From: Lingula anatina | Taxonomy: Eukaryota > Animalia > Brachiopoda | Assembly (NCBI GenBank): GCA_051362555.1 | Contig: CM120640.1 | Coordinates: 15,562,001-15,626,000 of the forward strand | Length of the DNA: 64,000 nucleotides | Reading direction: 5' to 3' | In this document: in pieces, positions 1 to 13,000 of the stretch | How positions within the stretch are numbered: the first letter of the stretch is position 1 | Layout of the letters: the number at the start of each line of letters is the position of its first letter | Translations under genes and position numbers: made by a program | The notes under the pieces: generated by a model | What the model saw: only the letters and a program-made list of their open reading frames with translations | Databases searched by the model: none | What the model was told of the DNA's origin: nothing

Positions 1-1090
1 TATATTTTCTTTTTGGTTTTCCTTGAAATGTGTTGTCAGGGTTGCATCAAGTTCAATAGTAACCATGGGTATTTCTTTGCCAATTTTGGAGATTTAAAGG
101 CCAGACAACATGCAAAAAGCAGTTCATCATAAAAAGTAGGTCAAAGGTGAAATTCAAGGTCACAGTTAGATAGCCAGGGTATTCAAGTTCAACAGCAACT
201 TTGGGTGTACCTCTGCAGGCTTTTGAGATATAAGGGATAGAAAATTTGCAAAAATCAGTTCATGGTGAAAATTAGGTCAAAGGTTAATTTCAGGGTCACA
301 GTAAGATTGTCAGTATATGACTTCCTATTCATGTTCAATAGTAACTACTGGTGTATCTTTGCCAGTTTTTGAGATAAAAAGATCGGAAAATTTGCAAAGT
401 GCAGTTTATGATGAAAAGTAGGTCAAAGGTAAATTTTAAGGTCACAGTTAGATTGCCAGTATATGATTTCCTATTTAGCTTTAAGAGTAACTATGGGCGT
501 ATCTCTGCTGGTTTTTGGGATATAAGGGATAGAAAATTTGCAAAGATCAGTTCATGGTGAAAATAAGCTCAAAGGTTAATTTCAGGGCCACAGTAAGATT
601 GCCAGTATATGACTTCCTATTCATGTTCAATAGTAACTACTGGTGTATCTTTGCCAGTTTTTGAGATATAAAGATCGGAAAATTTGCAAAGTGCAGTTTA
701 TGCTGAAAAGTAGGTCAAAGGTCAATTTTAAGGTGACAATTAGATTGCCAGTATATAATATCCTATTTAACTTCAATAGTAGCTATGGACCTATCTCTGC
801 CAGTTTTGGAGATAAAAAGGAATGAAAATTTTAAAGTTCAGTTCATGGTGAAAATAAGGTCAAAGGTCAATTTCAGGGTCACAGTTAGATTGCCAGTATA
901 TGACTTCCTATTCAAGTTCCATAGTAACTAAGGTTGTATCTTTGCCAGTTTTTGAGATATAAAGATCGGAAAATTTGCAAAGTGCAGTTTATGGTGAAAA
1001 GTAGGTCAAAGGTCAATTTTAAGGTCACAGTGGAATTGACTTCCTATTCAACTTCAATAGTAACTATGGACCTATCTCTGCCAGTTTCCT
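1..1090. repeat. Tandem satellite of ~146-bp units with alternating A/B monomers (runs off the left edge)
   Basis: GGTCAAAGG-like anchor at 139, 275, 421, 567, 713, 858, 1004 (spacing 145-146 after the first); units 275/567/858 share one variant set and 421/713/1004 another. Confidence 0.9.
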
Positions 1091-1099
1091 ACAAAAAAA

Positions 1100-1490
1100 T
1101 AATTAATTGAAATAAAGAAAAGGTCATTTTGGTTGAAATTCTTGAAATGGGAGGTGCTCAGAAGTTCCAGATGTTCAAATTTTATGAAATAATGTCATTT
1201 TTGACCAAAGTTGTCTGCCTCGCCAAGCCTTATGTTTTATTTTCCAGGAGTTCAAAATTTATTACACATTACCGTATTGCACATTTTGCTTTCACCACCA
1301 CAATGTACTTTTCAATACAGCATAACTCGAAAACCGTATGGAAATAAAAAAAACAGAGACCACCTTCAGTATTGGGCTTGACATGCTCTACAAAATCCAA
1401 AAATAATAGGTCTCTAGCACTAACGGTTCCCAAATTAGAGACAGTTTTCAGTTTCGGTATCTTATGGCTGCTACTCCTGTGAAAATGCAC
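1100..1490. repeat. Non-satellite tail of the satellite-bearing element, copy 1 (truncated)
   Basis: Direct repeat of 2850-3245 (AATTAATTGAAATAAAGAAAAGGTCATTTTGG...CCTGTGAAAATGCAC). Confidence 0.85.
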
Positions 1491-1655
1491 TGACTTGTAA
1501 CTGTGCTGCTATTTTGATTGACAGTTCTGCACAGGGCCCTAGCCTCGGGATCAGACCAGGATATGCCTGGGAAGATTATTTTTGCCATATTCAAGACTCA
1601 TGCTTATTGTATGACTTTCATTTCATGAAGTACGGTAAATGTTAGCACATATTAC

Positions 1656-4600
1656 CTGCGTGTAGTGGTACGCACACTCCTTTAAATCCATTAAAAAATC
1701 TCTACATTCTTTTTCCCCACGGCTTAGACCAACATTATCCAAACATTCTAAGTAATCTGCTTCTAAGAACCTGCACCTATTCTGCATAGATTGCTTTTGC
1801 TGCACAAGGCCTCCAATTGGCAATAAGCGTTTGATGTTCAAACCAGGTGGTTTCATGATTAACTCATCTGTCCAAAGATCTTCTGTAATACAAAAGAACA
1901 CAAATACCACTGTAACAGTTATACACAATAAGAAAAAACATTTTAAAGAAAGGCAGCTGTGAGTATGTTTTTTTATGTAGTCCGACAGAGTACTTTTTTA
2001 ACATTCGATTCTCGGAAACTACAGTTCCGAACAATAGCTCAATGCGGTGTAATTGACGATTATGCAAAACAACTCATTTGAACGTGACTGCATGAAGCAC
2101 CACTGTCTTTCTTTAAATATTAAACGTTCTCATCATCAATTACTGTTGACTAGCGTATTCTGCTTCAAAGTCTCAGATGCATGCGTACTATTACATAATT
2201 ACAAAACTATGAAAATGTGTATTCAATTTCAGTCACTGTTGTAAAATCATTGTAAATATGCAAACTTCAGTTCATGGTGAAAATTAGGTCAAAAGGTCAA
2301 TTTCAAGGTCACAGATTGCCAGTATACGACTTCCTATTCAAGTTCAATAGTAGCTATGGTCGTATCTTTGCCAGTTTTTGAGATATATTAAAGATCAGAG
2401 AATTTGCAAAGTGCAGTTTATCATGAAAGTAGGTCAAAGGTCAATTTCAAGGTTGCAGTTAGATTATAAGTATATGACTTCCTATTCAACTTCTATAGTA
2501 ACTATGGACCGATCTCTGCCAGTCTTGGAGATATAAAGGAAAACTTGCAATGTGCGGTTCATGGTGAAAAGTAGGTCAATATATGACTTCCTATTCAAAT
2601 CTAATAGTAATTATGGGCATATATTTGAAAGTTTTGAAAGTATAAGCACTGAAAAAGTTGCAAAGTTCAGTTCATGGTGAAAAGTAGGCCAAAGGTCATT
2701 TTTAAGGTCACAGATAAATTGCCAGTATATGACTTCCTATTCAACTTCAATAGTAACTATGGACCTATCTCTGCCAGTTTTGGAGATATAAGGGACTAAA
2801 TGTTACAATTTTGGAGTTACAATAATGTGCCATAAATTACTTACAGAAGCAATTAATTGAAATAAAGAAAAGGTCATTTTGGCTGAAATTATTGCAATGG
2901 GAGGTGCTCAGAAGTTACAGATATTCAAATTTCATGAAATAATGTCATTTTTGACCAGAAGTTGTCTGCCTCGCCAAGCCTTATGCTATCTTTTCCAGAT
3001 ATACAAAATTATATGCATTTATGCATATTGCACATTTTACTTTCACCACCACAATGTACTTTTTGATATAGCATAACACGTAAACCATATGGAAAACAAA
3101 AAAAATGAAGACCACCTTCAGTGTTAGGCTTGACATGCTGTCTATCAAATGCAAAAAACAAGAGGTCTCTAGCAATAATAGTTCTAGAATTAGAGAGTTT
3201 TCTGTTTCGGCATCTAATGGCTGCTGCTCCTGTGAAAATGCACCGATTTACCCCAAACTCACGGAGATGAAAGATGACCTGAAGGGTAACACCTGCCAAA
3301 AATATTATAGGTTAGGTTTGTGTATTTTCTGAAAATATTTTTTTTTCATAAAAAATTACCTTTTTTTGAAAATTTTGGCCCGTTTCACCTTCAAATAAAG
3401 GTCAAAGGTCAAATCCATGGGCATATTTGAAATCTCCACATATGACTTTCGATTAGCTGTCTTTAGAAATTTTTCCCATAATTCCTTTGGTATGGTTGAT
3501 AATTAGCATTTAATTTTGCCAATTTTAGACAAGGGTACGTTGCAATGAGCGCCACACCTAGACCCCAGCACTAACGAAGCCCAAATTTTACGTGGATCAA
3601 GTTGAGATTATACGTACAATGATACAACAGTGTTAAATATCGAGAACATTTTAAGTGTGAGATAATACACTGTCACCCGAGCGATATATGCCATAACACC
3701 TTGAGCGTCAGTGAGAGGTGTTCATGGCATATATCGCGAGAGGGTGACAGTGTATTATTTGACATACATACCGAGAAAAAATAGTCATTTCATCCTAAAA
3801 CACCTCTAAAACCGAATAAAGTGACCCTATATCACGCTCTAGTACCCTAGGTTCTAGATTCCAGTATTGCCAGCTCGATCTTGATTTTTTAAATAACCCA
3901 TATCAGCAATACTGGCTCTAGCGAACAGCAGCCATGTTACACTTCCGTCAATCAAATAGAACTGCTCCGCAGGGAATCTGCAGTTGAATGTCATCAGACC
4001 AAAATGAAACATAAAACAGATTTAATTATGCTTTATTTAATTTTATTTGCTGCATTTAAGATGTAAAGTGAAAAAATAAATAATATTCTTCGAAAGAAAA
4101 GATATATCCAATGTTTTTGTATTTTTTGCTTATCAAAGAACATTTAGTCCTGAGATATACACATGCACAATACACGTGCTTGCCGTGTGCCAAATTTGAC
4201 AGCTACACTGTATGCCCGATACCACTATAATGGATGCGCAATGGCTACACGAAAATCAGTTTTTAAAGCAGAATGTTGCTTGTATTGTGGCACTGACCTT
4301 CGACTGCAAGATATTTTCAATTCGAACTTTAATTGCTTCTTGTCTCGTCTGCACGAGATACCTCAGCACAAGGCGGGAAAGGCAGCTCCAGGTGGCCAAA
4401 CCTGTGACGTACGAGACTTATGACTGCCAAATATGGATCCAGGCTGACACAGCTGTGACGTGTGACTTCCAAATATGGAAGCGCCCCAGGCAAAATTTTG
4501 AAGAGGAACGCCCCCAGATTGTCGCTGTTCGTCAGAGCTAGTAAAAGCGACTCCATCACAAGGTATATTTAACAAGATAGCTTTTACGTTGCTCTGACAC

Positions 4601-7600
4601 TCAGGGCATGCTCTATAAATGTTATATGGAATAAATTCGTCCACATGCACTGGTCAACTCCCGCCAAATTCTTACATAATGTCTGACCAATTTGGTCACT
4701 TTTTGCTAAATACTTGTCGTGGACGTTCAACCGTCGACACTGACCATGCGCGTCTCAGCTGAGCCACACCTACCTGGGACTGCTGCGGAAAAAAGGTCCC
4801 AAGGCAAAACCTCTACTTTTTAGTGACATTTCTGATAAAAAAGAAGCATCGGACTGGAATATAGTCAAACTCATTTTTCACAAGTGCAAAGGAGAAAGAA
4901 ATTTACTTTTTGGTGATATTTCTGACAACGAGGCAGTTTCAGAATATAGTCAAAAACGACGGATGTTTATCAGGGTTTCCACTAGATTTTGCGTGCGAGA
5001 GTCATTTTGATCCCCACTTTTTAAAAATGGGGGTCATTTTCAAAATTTAGGGGTCAAGAATTCATAAGTTTGAAATAACATTGAAATAAATATTACAAGC
5101 AATAAAAACAAATAAAAAGTCATGTGTTATTTATGGGGTACTCTGCCACCAGACCATCCCTATCAATGACAGACCATATCATGTGAAAGGTGTAGGTCAT
5201 TTAAAGAATGTCACTAATGGAACTCTCTGAATTTTATTGACATTTACAAATTTTACAGACTTTATCAAAGGCCCATTCCGTCTGACAAGCTTGAAAATTC
5301 TGTCAGACTGAAACAAAATCTCTCAGACCGAAGTAAAGTAATACAAATATGACAAATTATATATGTTTTCAGGTGTATTTTTTAACGTTTTTAATCATTG
5401 ACATTAAATCTAATATTAATATATATATATATATATATATATAAACTTGTAGAAAAAATATAGACAAAAAATTATTTGCATAACAAGTTTTATTTTATTT
5501 AATGAAAAATGCATTGTAAATTGACACAAGGACTAAAAAAATACAATGAAGAATGTGTAGCCAGTAATATCAAACGTATGTCCATAAAAACGTCTGTTAA
5601 TCAGAAAACTAGTTCAGCCGTTGTTTTTGGCAATAACATATGCATTGTGAAACCTCAAAGTAAGGCGGTCGCTTTCATACAATTGAAACTTTGATAGGGA
5701 CTGTCCACCCTGAGTCTAAATTCCTTCTTCATTTTATTTCTTTTTGATAACAAGAAATTCAAACTGTGAGCCTTCATCGAGTTCATGTGCACTTTCTCCA
5801 ACAAGTGGTCGTGAACTGTAGGGTGCATGTACCGGTACATACATCTGTATCTGTCCATATACGTCTAAAGAAACCACTACTGGTCCAGGTGTATGATAGA
5901 CGGGAAGAAGAGACATACATGTGCTCGATAATTTTCAGAACCCGTAATAAAGCAGTAAGATTTATGTTGCTGTTGATAATAATATTAACTCCACACACCT
6001 TTTTCCTCTCCTCCAGATTACGGTGTGACTGAATTGCGCAATACACCGCAATACAGCGCAACACAGTGCAATACACTTCAAAAATCAAATCCAGTTGCAA
6101 TTACACAAAAAAATGACCATTCCCAGCAAAGTAGGGTGATATAAAAATGACCTATATTACTAGGTAAGTAATATCGTTGATATAACTTAACAAATCAGCA
6201 AGACTTTTATATTGTCCAGTTTGCAGCCATGTTGGCAAGTGGCTCTTCTTGGATATATTACTGGCCAAGAAGAGCTACTCGCCAACATGGCGACTGACCA
6301 AACAATGAAAAAATTGTCAAGTTGTATCAGCAATATTAATTACTATGAACTATATTTTGCTTTTATATCACCCCATTTTATTTGAGATTACCCTTTCCTG
6401 TGTTTACTTGCAACTGGACTTGTGTTATCAAGTGTATTGCGCTGTGTTGCACTGTATTGCAGTGTATTGCGCATTTCAGTCACACCCTCCAGATTATAAG
6501 TCCGCCGGGGCCCACCTTCTTTCCAATTTCAATATCAATCCGTTTCTCTTCCTCACTTCGTTTTCATTTTTGCTACGCTGTGCACCAACGAAGTATTTTA
6601 AGTTCAACAACGCCATTTTTTAAACAAAACGCTTAGCCATAACTACTGTGCACAACTGATAATGAAGAAACAGAGGAACAAGTCTGTAAAAAACGCGAAA
6701 AGCTTGAGCACATGTGTGCGGCCATTTTGTGGTGTAAGGGTATCACGGAAACGAAAACGAGACTGTATATTACGTCATCCCCAATCTCAGCCAGTCACAA
6801 AATAGTATATGTGAGTGAAACTGAGGTTAATAAATTATGTATAATTAGCTGGGAACTTCCCGGAATTTTCATCCCGTCTCTTCGAATGAAGTAAAAATAT
6901 CGTCCAGAAAGAAAAATGTATTCCTTGTATTTACACATTCCCAGCCAGTTTGAAAACTCACCGAATAAATGAGATAAATGTGCGTCAAATGGACGCAATA
7001 CATTTAAAAATGGGGGTCATTTTTGATAAAAAAGCGTCAGGGACGCACATATATTGCGCTAACGGAAACCCTTGTATTTTTTAGTCCTTGTGTCAATCTA
7101 CAACGCATTTTTCATTAGATAAAAAGCAACTTGTTATGCAAATGATTTTTTTTTGTCTAATTTTTTTATATACTGTATATATATAAATTTATATTAGATT
7201 TAATGTCGATAATTAAAAACGTTTAAAAATACACCTGAAAACATAAATAATTTGTCATATTTCTATTATTTTACTTCGGTCTGACAGATTTTGTTTTGGT
7301 CTGACAGAATTTTCAGGCTTGTCAGACCGAATGTCTGACAGATTTTTTGGGCCTTTCGTAAAGTCTGTAAATTTTGTAAATGTCAGTAAAATTCAGAAAG
7401 TTCCATTAGTGACATTCTTTAAATGACCCTGGTCACCTACAGCTTTCACATGATAAGGTCTGTCATTGATAGGGATGGTCTGGTGGCAGAGTACCCCATA
7501 AATAACACATGACTTTTGTTGTTTTTATTGCTTGTAATATTTATTTCAATGTTATTTTAAACTTATGAATTATTGACCCCTAAATTTTGAAAATGACCCC

Positions 7601-8099
7601 CATTTTTAAAAAGTGGGGGTCAAAATGACCCTCACATGCAAAATCTAGTGGAAACCCTGACGGTAGGTGTACTTGGTTTCAGGCTTATCCAATGTCTGGT
7701 TTTATTTCAATTAGAATTTTATCTTTTGTTTTCAATGATTCTATTTCACAAGCTTGCCAATTTTCTATGACACTGTTTAGTGGGTGAAAATCAAATTTAG
7801 CAACTTTTGACTCATTTTTGAATGTGGCGTCTGAAGAAGAATGGCAGACATGGTGTCACTAAAACTTGAATAACTTGATAAAAATTTTAAACGGTTTATT
7901 CATAGTCAGATATGTGACTATCTGTGTACCAAATTTCAAGTGTCTTAGTCAAGCTCAATAAGAAAAAAAAACGTGTTGGGGATCCTAGTGCCTGTATAAT
8001 CACAAACTTACATTGCGCACCTGTATCAAGACAGCATAGATAACAGATTTTCTTACCTTCAATTTCGTCAATTTTTGTTCGACTATATGCAGCGCCCAT
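1656..8099 (-). CDS. NDUFS5: Complex I 15 kDa subunit NDUFS5-like; exon 1 8099-8057, exon 2 1882-1656; final exon(s) left of the window
   Basis: Exon 2 encodes PGLNIKRLLPI...CRFLEADYLEC...GLSRGEKECRDFLMDLKEC (twin CX9C, resembles NDUFS5 GLNIDRWLTI...RAEKEC). Exon 1 (MGAAYSRTKIDEIE+G|GTAAGA, phase 1) joins the TTACAG|AA acceptor in frame; exon 2 donor CAG|GTAAT. Confidence 0.88.
2258..3610. mobile_element. Second copy of the satellite-bearing dispersed element (about 4 degenerate 146-bp units, tail, further terminal sequence); possibly non-autonomous Helitron/Helentron-like
   Basis: Same monomer as 1-1090 at 2258-2797, tail 2850-3245 matching 1100-1490; class assignment and right boundary are inferred. 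Confidence 0.6.
3662..3758. repeat. ~97-bp imperfect palindrome
   Basis: ATAATACACTGTCACCC..GCGATATATGCCAT pairs with ATGGCATATATCGC..GGGTGACAGTGTATTAT. Confidence 0.85.
4971..7659. mobile_element. hAT-like non-autonomous element with ~550-bp inverted arms (4971-~5535 and ~7085-7659)
   Basis: Ends CAGGGTTTCCACTAGATTTTGC and GCAAAATCTAGTGGAAACCCTG; an extra right-end-like motif TAACGGAAACCCT near 7060-7072; no TSD visible. Confidence 0.75.
6021..6487. mobile_element. Fully palindromic MITE with 9-bp TSD (Mutator-like), nested in the 4971-7659 element
   Basis: TIR GGTGTGACTGAATTGCGCAATACAC / GTGTATTGCGCATTTCAGTCACACC; TSD TCCAGATTA at 6012-6020 and 6488-6496. Confidence 0.85.
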
Positions 8100-8271
8100 T
8101 TTTTCTAAACAGTTTGGTCCGTTGGACTTAAAGTTATATTAGTTCAACGAAAGTCATTAGTTGTACTGGTAAAGATGGCTTCGAATGCAAATGCAACGAT
8201 AGGTGGCAGGAGTATATAGTTGGTCTCGTCTTGCCTAGGATTTAGCAGTGTTGGACAAAGATTCTTAGGAG
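8100..8271. promoter_or_regulatory. Putative bidirectional promoter / 5' UTR region shared by NDUFS5 and the cystinosin-like gene
   Basis: Divergent ATGs at 8099 (-) and 8272 (+), 172 bp apart; YY1-like AAGATGGC at 8172-8179. Confidence 0.65.
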
Positions 8272-10006
8272 ATGCAGGATATAAGTGGTGCGCCTGTACA
8301 TCAGGGCACCAAACGGACATTTGGGCTTTGCGAACTTCGAAGTAAAACTAAGACATGTGTTTGCTTTTTCTGTGGATTAGCGTTTTGTGCCGTTGTAGTA
8401 GCCCTGCTTTATGATTATAACGTTAAAGTTAAAACAGCTGGATACCTATATCATGGTATCGATGTAGATGGTAAGCACCAACATTTTCATTGCATTAACA
8501 TAAACATTGTTAAATGATATATTTAAATACCAGAGACATTGATTAAAGTCACTACCGAAAACCAAGGAGTTCCAACTCCTTGCGAAAACCAAGGCAAAAT
8601 TTTGGGAGGCATAGTGTAGGTATATCAGAAAAATTTTCAAACTGATCATAAAATTATAATACTTATATCATCTGAAAGGTAATACAAAAGCCAGATGAAA
8701 TCACTTGGAATTTTTTAAATATTCCTACAAGCAACGAAGATATTGAAGTTTTTTAACTGCAAAAATTCACCAAAAGTGTCCACACTCTTCAGCTTAAAAC
8801 CTGTCACTACTGAGCAGCGGTGATCACTCAGCTGTAGCTGCAGCTCAAATTGCTTGTGACCAATTAGGGCTGTATGTTAATCTAATGACCCGGAAACAAA
8901 TCCAAATTGGCGACCGCACAAGAACATGGCTAGGTTGGCTTCCGTACAGATCATGTACTATAAATATTGCGCATCAAATTAACTATACTTCGCACTGCTC
9001 AATTTTCATGATTTTTCTACATAATTTTGCAAATTTCATAAACTTTATTCGCTATAAATTTCAAAAAGTTGCAACCAGTACTTAACTGACAATTTTGAGC
9101 ATTTTGTCGAGGCAAAACTTCAAACGCCCTGAACTGAAACTTCTCAAAGACTGCAACATGGGAAAATCACGTGACCAGATTTTACTCTTTGATTTACAGC
9201 TTATTTAGTTAATGGATTGTATTAGTTTTTTACGCGGCGCTAAAAAAGAGATTTAAAAAAGGGGTGCCATAGGCGAGCTGTCAGCAGGCCGATATCAGTT
9301 TTACACCTCACTGCCCCTGGATAGTTACGACTGTAGCGCCCCTAGCGGTTTGTGATATACCTACATAGTGCGTGCTACTTGGTATTTGTTCCCAAATTGT
9401 TGTTGTACGTTGAAGAAATCATTATTATTTTTTACATGTATTTGATTTTGTTGTGTGTGTTTGTGAGACTTGAATGTCCGTATGTTTTTTAAAAATAACT
9501 GACACTTCTACCTACTATTCAGCAGGTGTATGCTCAATTATGTACTAGTAAAAAGACACAATAAGAACAGAAAATAAGAATGTATATACATCAGTTTGGA
9601 TACAATATACCCTCTTGTAATTTTCAGATTCATCTCTGAAAGTTTCATCCAAGTCGCTGATATTTGAAACTGAATCTTCAAAATCTATTACTGTTCAGCT
9701 TAGGTAGGTGTTCTGGATGTGGTAGATTGGGGGGGGGGGGGGGGCACAGTGGGAAACAACTTGGTGCAAACCATTTAATTGATAAAAACATGAAACCATG
9801 GAAATAGCGCCCACAAGCAATTTGATTTGACTGTTCAAATCAACTTGTAAGTAGTTTCACAAAAAAATGTTCCCTGGCCAAGAACTCAATTACTAAGGTT
9901 AGATGGTTACATATGGGCACATCTTAGGATCATTAGGAGCAGTGTAACAGCACTCTTATTGAGATCCAAGTCAACTAAGCCAGAGAACTGATTTGTTTTT
10001 TTTTTT

Positions 10007-10070
<64 letters not shown>

Positions 10071-13000
10071 GGGCCTGATACCATTATCAGATGGTTGCAA
10101 GTAGTTTCACCATAATGAACATTGTGCTGGTATAAACTGGAAAAAAAATCATATCTGTATATGATAAATATATTGATAAATTTATAGATACGTGACATTT
10201 TAAATAATTTTTCATATAGTTTTGCTGTTTGTGTCATTTTACTTGTTTAAGTCTTTTGAAAATTTTTATAGATTTTAGACTCTGATTAAAATAAATATGT
10301 GTATTTTTCTGTTTTGTCATTTTGATACAATCCTGAAAAGAATGCATACTTTTATTTGTATTCATTTGAACAATAATTAAAAGTAAGGTTTATAGATAGC
10401 AATTTTTGTCATCTCCTTATTCAAAAATTGATTTAATAAAACATGCAGTTATCAATCAATTTGACCTTATTTTAGGAAACCAGTTGGAAGAGATATTGTT
10501 ATATTGGTGCATTTGGATGATCCATCACTTATTCAGACTGTGAAAAAAATTCATATTCCAAAAGGCTCATCTAAACCAGTCTTGATTCCACTGTATGCTG
10601 GATACCATGCTGGTCATTGTACATTGTCATTCAAAACCGCAGTGTCATCTGAGGTAACACTGAAGGGACTTCCTAGTCAGCGTGTACAAATCAGAGTAGT
10701 TCACAACCTTTTATTGGGATACCTCAGTGTGGCTGTGGGCTGGTTCTGTTTTTTTATGTGGACAGTCTCATTTTATCCACAAGTCTATACCAACTGGAAA
10801 CTGAAGAGTACGGCAGGGTTGAGTTATGACTTTACAGTGTTGAATTGCACAGGTCATTTTTCTTATGCTATTTTCAATGCAGCCATGTACTTCGGTGATA
10901 CAGTGCAGGTATGTGAAGAGGTTGCAGGAAAAAGAGACACAATAAGCATTTCTATGATTAGACCTTTATATTGCAAAAAAGTTGAAAATCTCCTGGATAT
11001 TTCAACATTTTCCCATAATCCCCAAGCTACAAAATTATTCAAAACTGTTGATAAAATTACAATCCATTTGTAAACTCATTTTTGAGTTTCTAAATCGCTA
11101 ATTTCTTAATTACTCCAGGAAAAAGATTGAGACTGATGAATTTCAATGAGATGGTAAAATTTAGAATTTTGCATCTGTATAGCCAATATTTTGCTGTGAT
11201 GATGTAGTTAAGCCTTGCCCTTTAAAAAGAACTCTAATCATTGATATGTAAAGAGCAAATTTTTTGTAACATCATAAAATTCAGAAGAAGGTTATATTTT
11301 TTTCCTTTCAGCATGAATACCTTCTTTTGCATCCTAAAGGAGATATACCTGTGAAAGTGAATGATGTGCTCTATTCTACTCATGCTGTGATCATAATGAT
11401 CATTTTCATCATACAATTTCATATTTATGACAGGGGAGGACAAAAACTCTCATGGAAAACATTACTTTTACAAGGTAAATTCTTTATTTTATAAACTGAT
11501 ACACAGTTATGAATTCATTGGATAGACTTATAAGAATAAGCTTCTAGATTTTTAAAGATGCAATCAATCTGTATTTTTTAAGTAATTTATAGGGGTTTAT
11601 CCCCAATGAAACTGTCATTCTACAAAGATTGATCAAACTCCCCAGGGTCTCTCACTGAATACAATCTGATTAACAGATTAACACACCTCTTGTTTCCAAC
11701 ATACTTGCGTAATCACCAGCTTTTCTGTATTCTCAATGTCAGAGTGAATGAATGTGTTAATCAGTTCAACTGATTGCGTTCACCAAGAGTCTGCAGAGTT
11801 GGAACAATCTATGTGGAACAATATTTTCACTGGGAATGAGCTCTAAGATGGTAAAAGAAGATGGTGAGTAATCATCAGTGAGTTTTGATCAATCTTGGAC
11901 CTAAAGTAAGTTGAGAAGATCTCTAGGATAATATGTAGTACATTCTGTTGAAATTGCTATTTATTCATTTATTTATTCTTTTGAACATTTGTATTTATAG
12001 ACATAGTGTGCCTATAAATATATCCATCATATGTAATATTGCATTAAAATAACAAAAACCCTGTTTTGTGCACTGTCACTGGCAATACCATGAAGGGAAA
12101 ACCCATGTTATTTATCCTCAAACTAACAAGAATGATTCTTAGGTATGAAATATAGTTCAAGCTCAAAAACCCACCTGAATGGATTTTTTAACTTTAAGTT
12201 ACGCGGTTTTTGTGAATTCAAGCCACTCCAGGCCATCCATGATACAGGATAGCAGCTCCCATGTCTTAGGTCCCGTTCCCATATTAAACACCATCAGTCT
12301 AATTAGATTGATCCAGCTCTGCAGGGACTCTTGCTGAGTGCAATAACCTTTACTGAATGACATGCCTCCTCTTGTTTCTAAGGGCGTATTCCCAGAGCTT
12401 TTAGATCGATCTATCCCCGCGGGGAGTCTCACTAGATTACTGTCAGATAATCCGGCTTAGATGTCCGTCCCGCCTACTACAAGCTGTAAGGAGGTAATTA
12501 ACTTTTGTGCCTGCTCGGCTGACAGCTATTTAGCGTGAACCCCCAGGGAGTTAGGTTGATCTAAAGTAGATCGATCTAATCTCTGGGAATGGGGTCTAAG
12601 GCACTAGTATAATCACTAGCTTTTCTGTATTTTACTTAACTCCAGGAGGGGGGGGTGTCATTTAATTAATACCAAGTTAAACTGATCGCACTCAGCAATA
12701 GTCTCCACAGAGACATATTGATCTACAGACTTAAACCAACAGTGTCTTTGGAAAAGGGGTCTTAGATTATGGTTAACAAGACATGAGAGACCTTTTGTGC
12801 CACTGAATATTTACCAGAAAAAAAAGATGTACTTTGTTGAATTCTGCACTTTGTCACTTTGAGTAAAATTGCTTTAAATCAAAATGTAACGTTTTCAAAC
12901 ACTGCTTCCTATGCAAATACCTTTATGAAAGCATTGCAAGTTTTGTTAAACTGTTAGCAAATGATAAAATTGAGGGAATAAAGGGAACCGGAGAAGATCA

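Noticed and set aside
1-1090. Regularly spaced repeats as a possible CRISPR array
   Set aside because: Whole 146-bp units are repeated with no unique spacers, no cas genes, and the context is eukaryotic intron
4163-4650. Cluster of overlapping ORFs on both strands
   Set aside because: No recognisable domain or exon boundaries; lies in a repeat-like, locally GC-richer intron segment
9335-9348. CTCF-like motif AGCGCCCCTAGCGG
   Set aside because: One base short of the consensus core and within probable repeat-derived intron sequence; not supportable alone
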